DNA of 64,000 bases from an uncultured Lentisphaerota bacterium (GTDB taxonomy: Bacteria; Verrucomicrobiota; Kiritimatiellia; CAIQIC01), in assembly GCA_903896925.1 (NCBI GenBank), contig CAITZM010000134.1:33765-97764 (forward strand). Direction: 5' to 3'. Every line of letters begins with the position of its first letter. Positions within the stretch are counted from its first letter, which is position 1. A program made the position numbers and the translations under genes. Shown here one piece after another: positions 48,032 to 63,018 of the stretch. Below the pieces are notes generated by a model. It had not been told where the DNA came from. It ran no database searches and saw only the letters and a list, made by a program, of their open reading frames with translations.

Positions 48032-49004
48032 GTTGACGGCCTGCTTTTTTTAATTTTCCGCCCCAGGGAAGCCCGGCCTGTTTCCCCGGCCGGGAGCCGG
48101 GGAAGAGATCGTCGAGGAAATATTCCACCACCGTGGCGCCTTCCGGCGGCGAGATCGCCAGGTCGGGACTGACCTCGATGATCCAGAATTTTCCGCGCCG
48201 CGCATCCACCAGAAAGTCGATGCCGACCATCGGCAGGCCGTACAGCCGGGCGACGCGCTGCGCCACGCGGCGGAGTGACGGCGTGACCTCGGCGGTGATG
48301 ACCGCGGCGTCGCCGCCGGTGTGATAGTTTGAGGTCAGCCGCACCTGGACGCGCACTCCGGCGGACGGCACCTCGGCGAGGTCGTGCCCCAGCCGCGCGA
48401 GTTGACGGCGCGTCTCGGTGTCGAGCGGGATGCGGTGGCTGGAATCTGCGGCGCACGCGCGGCGGTTCTGGCGGCGGATGAGCTGGGCCAGGGTGCGCCG
48501 GCCGTCGCCGGTGACCGTCGCCGGCGTCCGCCGGATCGCCGCGACATACTTTCCTCCGACGAGGATCAACCGCTGGTCCTCGCCGCTGACGCACTGTTCG
48601 AGCACGACCTCGTCCTCGAAGGTCTGTGCGCGGCGCACGGCGGCGCGCAGTTCGGCCGGCGTCCGCACATCCACGGCGACGCCGCGCCCGCCCCACTGCA
48701 TGCAGGGTTTCACGACGATGTGCCGGTGTCGCGCCAGGAATTTTTCCGCCGCGGCCCACGTGCTGAACTTGAGCTGGGCGGGCACCGGGAAGCCGTGCCG
48801 GCGCAGGAACTGGTTGGCGGCGTGCTTGTGGTTGGCGAGGAAGAACGTCGCGGCGCCGACGCGGTCGGTCAGCGCGTTGAAACAGCGGACGGCGGCACGG
48901 CCGCGGCGGAGTTCGAAAACCGGCTGGCTCGGGTCGAGCACGGTGACGCGCAAGCCGCGCGCGCGGGCGGCACGGGTGATCGTGGTGGTGTAGACCGAGT
49001 TCAT
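48006..49004 (-). CDS. Stand-alone ATP-grasp ligase (cyanophycin synthetase/GshF-like ATP-grasp domain)
   Basis: IVVKP...GRGV, VLEQCVSGEDQR, RTPATVTGDG..TL..LI, SNYHTGG, GIDFL, IIEV; start reassigned to ATG 49004. Confidence 0.82.
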   Translation of the reverse strand: MNSVYTTTITRAARARGLRVTVLDPSQPVFELRRGRAAVRCFNALTDRVGAATFFLANHKHAANQFLRRHGFPVPAQLKFSTWAAAEKFLARHRHIVVKPCMQWGGRGVAVDVRTPAELRAAVRRAQTFEDEVVLEQCVSGEDQRLILVGGKYVAAIRRTPATVTGDGRRTLAQLIRRQNRRACAADSSHRIPLDTETRRQLARLGHDLAEVPSAGVRVQVRLTSNYHTGGDAAVITAEVTPSLRRVAQRVARLYGLPMVGIDFLVDARRGKFWIIEVSPDLAISPPEGATVVEYFLDDLFPGSRPGKQAGLPWGGKLKKAGRQLDNALTVP

Positions 49005-49020
49005 GCGCGGAGGCGCCGGG

Positions 49021-49473
49021 TCACTTGCCGGCGCCGGGCTTCTTGAAGCGCTCGGTCTTGGGCTTGTGCTCGGAGGGCGCCAGCGGCTGGCCCATGTCGT
49101 TGACGATCTCGCGGAGGATCGTGCTGTAGCCCTTGCCGGCGGTGAACTCCTGCTCGGTCTGGTGGAAGATCGTCTCGGTGCCGGGCCGGACATCGCTCTC
49201 GAAGTTGAACACGACCGAGCCGACGCGGATGCGGTCGCCGGCCTTGAGCTTGACCACATCCACCGGTTCCTCGTTGACGAAGGTGCCGTTGCGGCTCTTG
49301 AGGTCCTTGAGGAAATAGGCGCCGTCCCAGAGCCGGATGCCGCAGTGGATGCGGGAAACTTTTTCGTCGCTGATGACGACATCGGCCTCGTGGCCCCGGC
49401 CCAGGGCGATGGGCTGATCGGTGAGCTTCAGGACCGCCATGGTGCCGTCAGGTCGCGGAAAGGTCAGTTTCAT
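49021..49473 (-). CDS. FHA domain protein
   Basis: LGR...VSRIH...DLKSRNGTFVN...LKAGDRIRVG; GAGG RBS before ATG 49473. Confidence 0.9.
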   Translation of the reverse strand: MKLTFPRPDGTMAVLKLTDQPIALGRGHEADVVISDEKVSRIHCGIRLWDGAYFLKDLKSRNGTFVNEEPVDVVKLKAGDRIRVGSVVFNFESDVRPGTETIFHQTEQEFTAGKGYSTILREIVNDMGQPLAPSEHKPKTERFKKPGAGK

Positions 49474-49545
49474 ATAAGCCATCCTCGAAAAAACCAGCCG
49501 ACGCACTCTAGCCAGCGCCTCCGCCGAAATCAAGCGTGCAAACGA

Positions 49546-49929
49546 TCAGACCTCCTGGCGGAGTGTCGTCAGGAGCTCTTCCAGGGCTGGCAGAAAGGCG
49601 GGAAGTTGTTCATAGACCACAAGGGCATCCTGATATTTACAGGTGTGCGACATCCGGTTGCGTGCGTCGAGCATTTCCAGCCAGAGCAACTCGGCGGAGA
49701 TCCAGCCGGAAGCAAAGGCCTGGCGCAAACAGGCGCGCGGTGAGGTCAGCTCGTTCAGGCCCTGCTGCTCGCCGACGGCTTTGATGGTTTTCCACGCCAA
49801 TTCGAAACAGAACTCAAAATATTGGATGCACCCGGCACGGTCGAGATCATCCTGGGCCGGTGAGGCGAGCGCTTCGCGCAGTCGTGCGAGCGCCTGGGCA
49901 TAGTCTTCAAGCAACTGCGAGGGGGTCAT
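49546..49929 (-). CDS. HEPN toxin (HI0074-type nucleotidyltransferase substrate-binding protein)
   Basis: IQYFEFCFELAWKTIK, SPRACLRQAF, RNRMSH RNase motif. Confidence 0.88.
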   Translation of the reverse strand: MTPSQLLEDYAQALARLREALASPAQDDLDRAGCIQYFEFCFELAWKTIKAVGEQQGLNELTSPRACLRQAFASGWISAELLWLEMLDARNRMSHTCKYQDALVVYEQLPAFLPALEELLTTLRQEV

Positions 49930-50230
49930 GATACAACTCCAGTTGATGCGCCAAGGCCGTGTGACGGAAGGTTTCCGACACGCGTTGCAAATCCAGCCAG
50001 TCAATGCGGTAGAGTGTGGGTAGTGCCTCCAGGCGGTCGCCGATCGCAAAGAACGTGCCCAGTGGCAGCGGGTCTGCGCCATCCACGCCCACATCAAAGT
50101 CGGAGCGAGCCCGCGCCGTTCCGGCGGCACGCGAACCGAACAGGATTACCCGGTGTCCGTGCAGTTGGTCGGCAAAGCCCGCCAGTGTCTGGCGGATCGC
50201 CTGCAAAATTTCTGTTTCCCGATCGCTCAT
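49907..50230 (-). CDS. Minimal nucleotidyltransferase (MNT) antitoxin
   Basis: LFGSRAAG....SDFDVG, RIDWLD; overlaps the HEPN gene. Confidence 0.88.
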   Translation of the reverse strand: MSDRETEILQAIRQTLAGFADQLHGHRVILFGSRAAGTARARSDFDVGVDGADPLPLGTFFAIGDRLEALPTLYRIDWLDLQRVSETFRHTALAHQLELYHDPLAVA

Positions 50231-50259
50231 GTGGGCCACACGTCAGCAACGTACGCCTT

Positions 50260-51222
<963 letters not shown>

Positions 51223-51309
51223 GGTAATATTCTCCGCCGGCAGGATGGCAAAAACCGCGACCGAACGCGACGAAAAAGACCGGCGTTCCCGTTGCCCAAT
51301 CCGGGGAAC

Positions 51310-54300
51310 TCACGCCGGGGGCAGGGGGCGGGCGTCGAGGATGGCGTGGATGGTCTGCAGCAGTTCGGCGGCGGGGTAGGGCTTTTGCAGGAAGGGGAAC
51401 TTCTTCTCGGCGATGATGTGCCAGCGCGAGCGTTCGTCGGTGTAGCCGCTGCACAGGAGCACGGCGAGGCCGGGCTTCTGCCGCAGGAACTGTTCGACGG
51501 TCGTGATGCCGTTCTGGTCGGGCAGGACCACATCGCTGAAGACGAGATCGAAGCGGCCTTGCTCCCGGGCAAACAGGGCCTGGCCCTCGGCGGCGGTGCC
51601 GGCGGCCTGCACGCTATAGCCGGCGGTCTGCAGGGCGCGCAGGGAGAGGCCGCGGATTTCGGGCTCGTCCTCGATCAGCAGGATGCGCTCGCCGTGGCCG
51701 CGGGGCGGCGCGGCGCGGGGCGCGGCGGGCTCCGCGACGTCCTCGGCGCCGGCGTAGGCGGGCAGGTAGAGCTTGAAGGCCGTGCCGTGGCCCAGCTCGC
51801 TGAAGACATTGACCCAGCCGTTGTGTTGCTGGGCGATGCCGTAGATCACCGAGAGGCCGAGGCCCGTGCCCTTGCCCGGACCCTTGGTGCTGAAGAACGG
51901 CTCGAAGATGTGCGGCAGCACGTCGGGCGCGATGCCGGTGCCGGTGTCGGCCAAGGAGAGGCGGACGAACTGGCCGGGGCGCCCGTCGGCGATGAAACGA
52001 ACGTCCTCCGGGGTCAGCGTCACCCGGGCGGTGGTGAGCGTGATCCGGCCCCCGTGCGGCATGGCGTCGCGCGCGTTGAGGGCGAGGTTCATGATGATCT
52101 GCTCGATCTGCCCGGCGTCGGCTTTGATGCGCGGGAGGTCGGCGGCCAGCTCGGTCGCCAGCCGGATGTCCTCGCCCAGCAGGCGGTGCAGCATCTTGTG
52201 CATGTTGCTGACCACGCTGTTGAGGTCGAGCACGGTGGGTGTGATCATCTGGCGGCGGCTGAAGGCGAGCAGCTGGCGGGTCAGCCCGGCCGCGCGTTCG
52301 GCCGCCTTCTGGATCTCCAGCAGATCGCCGTGGTGCCGCGTCGCCGGCGGTGTATCCGCGAGCAGGATGTCTGTGAAGCCGAAGATGGACTGCAGGATGT
52401 TGTTGAAGTCGTGCGCCACGCCGCCGGCGAGCTGGCCCACCGCCTCCATCTTCTGGGCCTGCTGCACCTGCGCCTCCAGCCGCTTGCGCTCGGTGACATT
52501 GCGCAGCACGCCCTCGGTGGCCACCAGCCGGTCGCCGTCATAGACGGCAATCCAGTGGTCCTCCAGGCATTTGAGCGACCCGTCCTTGCAGCGCCACCAG
52601 GTTTCCCAGCGGTCGGCCTGGCTGACCGGCTGGAACGCTTGCAAGGCGTCCATGAACCGCTCTTGCTCGGTGAACTTTCCATCCTGGATCACCTGGGCGA
52701 GGAACGCCCGGCGTCCGCCCATCCGTTGGACATCGGCGAGCGCATAGCCCAGCAGCAGCTCGAACGCCGGGCTGAGGTAGAGGAACTCGCGCGTGACGGC
52801 GTCCACGCTGTAGAGCACGTCGTCGATGTTGGCGGCGATGCGATGGAACTTTTCCTCGCTCGCGATCAGGGCCTGCTCGGCCTGCTTGCGCTCGGTGATG
52901 TCCACGGCCACGCCCATGATCGCGCGCTCCGTGGCGCCCGGCGGCACGAACGCCATCTTCGTCGTCTGCAGCCAGTGCACGCTCCCGTCCGCGAAGGTGA
53001 TCGGTTCCGCCGGGATGAACTTGGTCTGTCCGCTGGCGATCACCTCCTGGTCGTCCCTGAGGAAGGCGGCGGTCTGTTCCTGGTTGCGGGAGAATTCCAG
53101 CTCGAGATGGCCGACCAGTTCCTGCGGCTCCTTGCCATAGCAGACCGAGCCGGCGCGGTTGACGAAGAGGTAGCGGCCCTCGCGGTCCTTGGCGAAGATG
53201 TGGTGCGGCACCAGGTCGATGACCTCGCGCAGCAGGCGCTCGTTTTCGCGTAGCGCCTGATCGGTCTTGCGGCGTTCGGTGATATCGCGGCAGATCGCGA
53301 CCAGACCGGTGATCTTCCCCGTGTGGTCGCGCAAGGGCATCTTGATCGTCAAAAACCACCGCCGCGCGCCGGCGTGGTCCTGCACCAGTTCCTCGCGATT
53401 GATGACCGCCTGGCCCGTGCGCATAACGCGCAGATCGTCCTCATAATAACCGCGGGCCAGTTCCTCCGGGTGCAGATCCAGTACCGTCTTGCCCGCCAGC
53501 GCTGCCTCGTCGGGTACACCCATCAACGCTACGTGGGCGGTGTTGCTGATGATGAACCGCGCAGCCATGTCCTTGGTGAAGATCAGGTCCGGCAGGCTGT
53601 TGATCAGCGTCCGCAGCAACTGGCGTTCCTCGTCCAGCGCCTCCTCCGCCCGTTTGCGTTCGGTGATGTCGTGCGACCAGATCACCAGTTGCTGCATCCG
53701 GCCGTCTGCGCCGAGGATCGGCTTGCTGCGCGACTCGATCCACAGCCAGGTCCCGTTCCGGCAACGGATGCGATGCTCCAGCAGGGTCGTCTGTCCCGCC
53801 CGGTTCGCCGCCCGCGCCTGCTGGATTGCCGGCACGTCCTCCGGATGCAAGCGCGCATCCCACGGGCTGTTTTGCAGCTCCTCCGGTGTCCAGCCGGTCC
53901 TGCGGTAATACGAGGGACTGATGAAGAGCCGGCGCTCCTGCGCGTCGTGGACCGACACGAAATCCTCGGTATGCTCCGCCAGCAGGCGGTAGTGCGCCTC
54001 GCTCTCGCGCAGCGCGGCCGCCGCCTGCTCCTGCCCGGCCACGGTCTTCTCCAGCCGCCGGCGCACCCGGTGTAGCGCTTCGACCAATACCAGCACGGTC
54101 AGGTTCGTCACGACGAACATGGCCATCATGATGGCATCAGAAGTGGCCAGGGACCCGAAATGGAAGCCGGACGGAAGGAAAAAGATGACACTCAACGTAA
54201 CCATGACCGCCGACAGCAATCCCGGCCCCAGTCCGCCAAAATAGGCGCACAGCAGGACAGGCAGTGTGAATAAATTCAGCATCAACCGGCTGCCGCATAC

Positions 54301-54420
54301 CGGAGCGAGCGCCAGACGCACCGCGAATGTCGCCGCCACCATGGCTGTCGCGAAGACATAAGGCCACAGCCGCCGTCCAAGCTGGCGCTGCTGACCGAGT
54401 TCTGTTCCGGGCGATGCCAT
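51310..54420 (-). CDS. DUF4118-like membrane sensor + 4 PAS hybrid histidine kinase/receiver
   Basis: N-terminal TM bundle; PAS repeats; QKMEAVGQLAGGVAHDFNN; NLALNARDAM; GKGTGLGL; REC; alternative start 54441. Confidence 0.92.
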   Translation of the reverse strand: MASPGTELGQQRQLGRRLWPYVFATAMVAATFAVRLALAPVCGSRLMLNLFTLPVLLCAYFGGLGPGLLSAVMVTLSVIFFLPSGFHFGSLATSDAIMMAMFVVTNLTVLVLVEALHRVRRRLEKTVAGQEQAAAALRESEAHYRLLAEHTEDFVSVHDAQERRLFISPSYYRRTGWTPEELQNSPWDARLHPEDVPAIQQARAANRAGQTTLLEHRIRCRNGTWLWIESRSKPILGADGRMQQLVIWSHDITERKRAEEALDEERQLLRTLINSLPDLIFTKDMAARFIISNTAHVALMGVPDEAALAGKTVLDLHPEELARGYYEDDLRVMRTGQAVINREELVQDHAGARRWFLTIKMPLRDHTGKITGLVAICRDITERRKTDQALRENERLLREVIDLVPHHIFAKDREGRYLFVNRAGSVCYGKEPQELVGHLELEFSRNQEQTAAFLRDDQEVIASGQTKFIPAEPITFADGSVHWLQTTKMAFVPPGATERAIMGVAVDITERKQAEQALIASEEKFHRIAANIDDVLYSVDAVTREFLYLSPAFELLLGYALADVQRMGGRRAFLAQVIQDGKFTEQERFMDALQAFQPVSQADRWETWWRCKDGSLKCLEDHWIAVYDGDRLVATEGVLRNVTERKRLEAQVQQAQKMEAVGQLAGGVAHDFNNILQSIFGFTDILLADTPPATRHHGDLLEIQKAAERAAGLTRQLLAFSRRQMITPTVLDLNSVVSNMHKMLHRLLGEDIRLATELAADLPRIKADAGQIEQIIMNLALNARDAMPHGGRITLTTARVTLTPEDVRFIADGRPGQFVRLSLADTGTGIAPDVLPHIFEPFFSTKGPGKGTGLGLSVIYGIAQQHNGWVNVFSELGHGTAFKLYLPAYAGAEDVAEPAAPRAAPPRGHGERILLIEDEPEIRGLSLRALQTAGYSVQAAGTAAEGQALFAREQGRFDLVFSDVVLPDQNGITTVEQFLRQKPGLAVLLCSGYTDERSRWHIIAEKKFPFLQKPYPAAELLQTIHAILDARPLPPA

Positions 54421-54689
54421 AAAAAACCTCAAGTCCAACATCACCCCTCGCGGAACTTTACTCGCCCACTGGCTCCGGTACAAGGCCGGGGAAAAAGCCA
54501 CGTCCGGTTGGCGGAGCCCGTCCGCGGTGTCGCTTTATGTCGTGCACAGCTCGCGCGGCCGGATCCGGGTGGTGTGTCGGTCCCGGGAATCAAGGCGACG
54601 GATGAGGCGGGACTCGGGCGGTGACGGTGGTCCCTGGTATCCGGTGCGGTGCGGCTGCCTCCCAGACCCGCCCTGTCAGTTGCCAACCT

Positions 54690-54736
54690 GGCCAAGGCTT
54701 GGAGCCGCCGGCAGGGCCGGCTTCCAAGCCTTGGCA
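54690..54736. repeat. Two TTCCA-N5-TGGAA-like palindromes, 32 bp apart
   Basis: ggccaaggcttggag (54690), ttccaagccttggca (54722), just past the gyrA stop. Confidence 0.7.
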
Positions 54737-54746
54737 GGTGCGCCGC

Positions 54747-57230
<2,484 letters not shown>

Positions 57231-57267
57231 GCTCTCTCCAAAATATTTAGGAAGTTAAGCCGCCGGC

Positions 57268-57327
57268 TGCATGGATTGCGCGGATGTTCGCATTCTGACA
57301 ATCGGTGTCATCTGTGAAATCTGTGGA
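57268..57327. repeat. Nonameric ATCTGTGnn inverted/tandem repeat between gyrB and gyrA
   Basis: atcggtgtc-atctgtgaa-atctgtgga with degenerate inverted arm tgcatggat-tgcgcggat. Confidence 0.55.
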
Positions 57328-59835
<2,508 letters not shown>

Positions 59836-60124
59836 CTATGTCTCCCGAATTGTGGCGCTTCTTGTACCAAAAACCGGGCCGGAACACAACCCGGAAGGCC
59901 GTTTTTCTTGTGTTGTAATGCACTCATGTAAAACAACTTAAATTTCAGCCAAAAACTATTTTCAAGGCCTGTCGGAATCCGCCTTATTTCTCCGCCTAAA
60001 GCGGATGGACGGACCCCTCCTGCGGCCCCATATATTGTGGTGCCAGCGCATGTCCGCCACAAATCCGTCGGACGGGTTTTCTGCATGCTGTTGCGTCGGT
60101 TTTTTTCGGGTTATAGTGCGCGAC

Positions 60125-60985
60125 ATGATGACGTTACCGCAGGCCTTCAGTTCGCGTGGTCGGCTGGCGCCGACGCCGACCGGTTACCTGCACCTTGGCC
60201 ATGCGCGCACGTTCTGGACGGCGCAGGAACGGGTGCGGGCGGTCGGCGGGAAACTGCTCCTGCGTGTCGAGGACATCGATCAGGCCCGCTGCCGGCCGGA
60301 ATTCACCGTGGCCATGCTTGAGGATCTGCGCTGGTTCGGGCTGGCGTGGGACGAGGGGCCGGACCGCGGCGGGCCGTTCGCACCGTACACGCAAAGCGCG
60401 CGCCGGGACCAGCACCTGGCGGTCTGGCGGGCGCTGCTGGCCGGCGGCTGGATCTATCCCTCGGCGCATTCGCGCAAGGATCTGGAGCACGCGCCGCGCG
60501 CGCCGCACGCGGGCGAGGGCGAGGCGCTCTTCCCGGCGCACTGGCGGCCTGCGCCCGGCACGTGGACGCCGCCGGAGCAACCCGACGGCAGCAACTGGCG
60601 CTTCCATGTGCCGGACGGCGAGCGGCTTGAATTTGTGGATGGACGCTGCGGCCCGCAGGCGTTCGAGGCCGGGCGCGATTTCGGCGACTTCGTCGTCTGG
60701 CGGCGCGACGGGGTGCCCGCCTACGAACTTGTGGTGGCCGCCGACGACCACGCGATGCAGGTCACGGAAGTCGTGCGCGGCGAGGATCTGCTGCTCTCCA
60801 CCGCGCGGCAACTGCTTATCTACCGCGCTCTGGGCTGGACGCCGCCCGCGTGGTTCCACTGCCCCTTGATGTGCGACGCCAGCGGCCAGCGCCTCGCCAA
60901 GCGCACCGCCGGCCTGGCCCTGCGCGACCTCCGCGCCGCCGGCCGTACGCCCGCCCAGCTCCGCGCGGAGTGGGGTGCGCCTTGA
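60125..60985 (+). CDS. gluQ: Glutamyl-Q tRNA(Asp) synthetase
   Basis: GRLAPTPTGYLHLGH, LRVEDID, GDFVVWRRDG, VVRGEDLL, RLAKR; no anticodon-binding domain. Confidence 0.9.
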   Translation: MMTLPQAFSSRGRLAPTPTGYLHLGHARTFWTAQERVRAVGGKLLLRVEDIDQARCRPEFTVAMLEDLRWFGLAWDEGPDRGGPFAPYTQSARRDQHLAVWRALLAGGWIYPSAHSRKDLEHAPRAPHAGEGEALFPAHWRPAPGTWTPPEQPDGSNWRFHVPDGERLEFVDGRCGPQAFEAGRDFGDFVVWRRDGVPAYELVVAADDHAMQVTEVVRGEDLLLSTARQLLIYRALGWTPPAWFHCPLMCDASGQRLAKRTAGLALRDLRAAGRTPAQLRAEWGAP

Positions 60986-61032
60986 CAACACCCGGAAAGC
61001 GGCGCAGCTTTCCGCACCATGAAGGGCACGTC

Positions 61033-62259
61033 ATGAACGCCGGCATCACCAAGGAATTCATCCGCCGCATTCCGAAGACGGACCTGCACCTGCATCTCGA
61101 CGGCTCGCTGCGGCTGCCGACGCTGATCGAGCTGGCGAAGCGCGCGCGCGTCAAGCTGCCGTCGCAGACCGAGGACGGTTTGTGCCGGCTGGTTTTTAAG
61201 AAGAGCTATCGGAACCTGGGTGAATATCTGCGCGGTTTCGCCCTGACCTGCGCAGTGCTGCAGACGCCGGAAAATCTCGAACGCGTCGCCTGCGAGCTGG
61301 CCGAGGATTGCCTGGCCGAGGGCGTGCGCTACATCGAGGTCCGCTTTGCGCCGCAACTGCATTGCCATGACCGGTTGTCCATCGAGGGCGCGGTCGCCGC
61401 CGTCTGCCGCGGGCTGGAGCGCGCGCAGCGGGCCCACAACCGTGCGCGCGCGGTGCGGCTGGACGAGGACCTGCCGTTCCACTTCGGCGTCATCCTCTGC
61501 GCGCTGCGCGCGTTTACGGCGGAGACCGCGCCCTACTACGCGCGGCTGTTCAGCGTCATGCCCTATGCGCGCAAGCGCGAGGTGTTCGCGACGGCCTCGC
61601 TGGAGGTGGCGCGCGCCGCCAGCGACCTGGCGCACCGCGCCGGCCTGCCGGTCGTCGGTTTCGACCTGGCGGGCGAGGAGTCCGGGTATCCCTCCGAGCA
61701 TCACGCGGCCGCCTATCAGCTCGCGCACCGCCACTTCATCCGCAAGACCGTCCACGCCGGCGAGGCCTACGGCCCGGAGTCCATCTTCCAGGCGATCACC
61801 GAGTGCCACGCCAACCGCATCGGCCACGGCACGTTCCTGTTCAACACCGACATGATCCTCAACCCGGCGGTCGGCGACCCCCAGGCCTACGTGCGGCACC
61901 TCGCCGAGTACATCGCCAGCCAGCGCATCAACATCGAGGTCTGCCTGACGAGCAACCTGCAGACCGTGCCGCAGATGCGGCGCCTCAGCGACCACCCGCT
62001 CAAGCAGATGCTGGCGCACAGCCTCTCGGTCAGCATCAACACGGACAACCGGCTCGTCAGCCACACTACGCTGTGCCGCGAACTCGAGCTGGTCGCCACG
62101 CACTTTGTGATCACGCGCGACCAGTTCCGGCAGCTCGTGATCGCCGGTTTCAAAGGGAGTTTCTTTCCCGGCAGCTATACGGAAAAGCGCGCCTACGTCC
62201 GTCGCGTCATTGACCGCTACGAGGCCCTCGAGCGCGAACTGCTCCCGCTGGCGATGTGA
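61033..62259 (+). CDS. add: Adenosine deaminase family protein
   Basis: PKTDLHLHLDGS, EVRFAP, DLAGEE, TVHAGE, RIGHG, INTDN. Confidence 0.9.
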   Translation: MNAGITKEFIRRIPKTDLHLHLDGSLRLPTLIELAKRARVKLPSQTEDGLCRLVFKKSYRNLGEYLRGFALTCAVLQTPENLERVACELAEDCLAEGVRYIEVRFAPQLHCHDRLSIEGAVAAVCRGLERAQRAHNRARAVRLDEDLPFHFGVILCALRAFTAETAPYYARLFSVMPYARKREVFATASLEVARAASDLAHRAGLPVVGFDLAGEESGYPSEHHAAAYQLAHRHFIRKTVHAGEAYGPESIFQAITECHANRIGHGTFLFNTDMILNPAVGDPQAYVRHLAEYIASQRINIEVCLTSNLQTVPQMRRLSDHPLKQMLAHSLSVSINTDNRLVSHTTLCRELELVATHFVITRDQFRQLVIAGFKGSFFPGSYTEKRAYVRRVIDRYEALERELLPLAM

Positions 62260-62303
62260 GCTGCCCGGTCGCTATCGGGGGGCGGGTGTGGCGGGAGTAA
62301 GTT

Positions 62304-62990
62304 TCAAGCGTGGCGTGAGCTTGATTCCCTGAAGACTCCTCTCGCATCAGGTTGCATTCCGAAGCGTAAACCCAGCCCGAGCATCCCTGCGCCCGCCATC
62401 TGGACAAGGTGAAAGATTCCATTGTGGTCGAACGGGACCCAGATGCGGACCGATAGGTCGCTCGCCTGCGCGCCCGCGGCCGCCAGATTGAGCACGATGG
62501 CCACAGAGACGACTCCGGCGCCCTTCAGCCGATGGGTGGCCGCAAGAAAGACGTAGATCGCCAACACGCTTAGCATCACCGCGGCCTCATAGACGGCAAA
62601 AACGATGAAAGGCCCGCGCACGATCTCGGTCACCCCCAGAAAGGCAACGCCCCCTCCGATGCTCCACGGGACGAGACGCCCGGCCGCGATGCGCCCCCGC
62701 CAATCATAGACAGCACCCACCAGGAACAGCCCAATGAGAATACCTAGGCTTAGATAAAGAGGCTTCCAAAGCGCTGCATACATGGAACCCGGCATCTCGA
62801 ATCCATGGGCCACGGCCCCGAGAAATGCCGAAAACGCAATGAGGCCGAGTATCCAGCACCAGAGTCCTGCTCGCCATCGATCAACCGTCCCGGTGTGCCG
62901 CAGGTATGCGGCGATCAGGATACACTCAAGGGCCAGCACCGCATCTGTGGCGCTGGTCGTCAGTTCGGTCGGCGATGGGGTCATCATCAT
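62304..62990 (-). CDS. DUF6962-like polytopic membrane protein
   Basis: TELTTSATD, GAVAHG, FDHNGIFHLVQ; about 7 TM helices; visibly lower GC. Confidence 0.7.
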   Translation of the reverse strand: MMMTPSPTELTTSATDAVLALECILIAAYLRHTGTVDRWRAGLWCWILGLIAFSAFLGAVAHGFEMPGSMYAALWKPLYLSLGILIGLFLVGAVYDWRGRIAAGRLVPWSIGGGVAFLGVTEIVRGPFIVFAVYEAAVMLSVLAIYVFLAATHRLKGAGVVSVAIVLNLAAAGAQASDLSVRIWVPFDHNGIFHLVQMAGAGMLGLGLRFGMQPDARGVFRESSSRHA

Positions 62991-63018
62991 GGCGAACCTG
63001 CTGGTGCAGCGCGCCGCC

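Noticed and set aside
62991-63018. Second attC before the DUF6962-like gene (CTGCAC-6nt-GTTCGCC-ATG on the minus strand)
   Set aside because: Only a right-half-like sequence; no R''/L'' partner upstream and no attC after the gene
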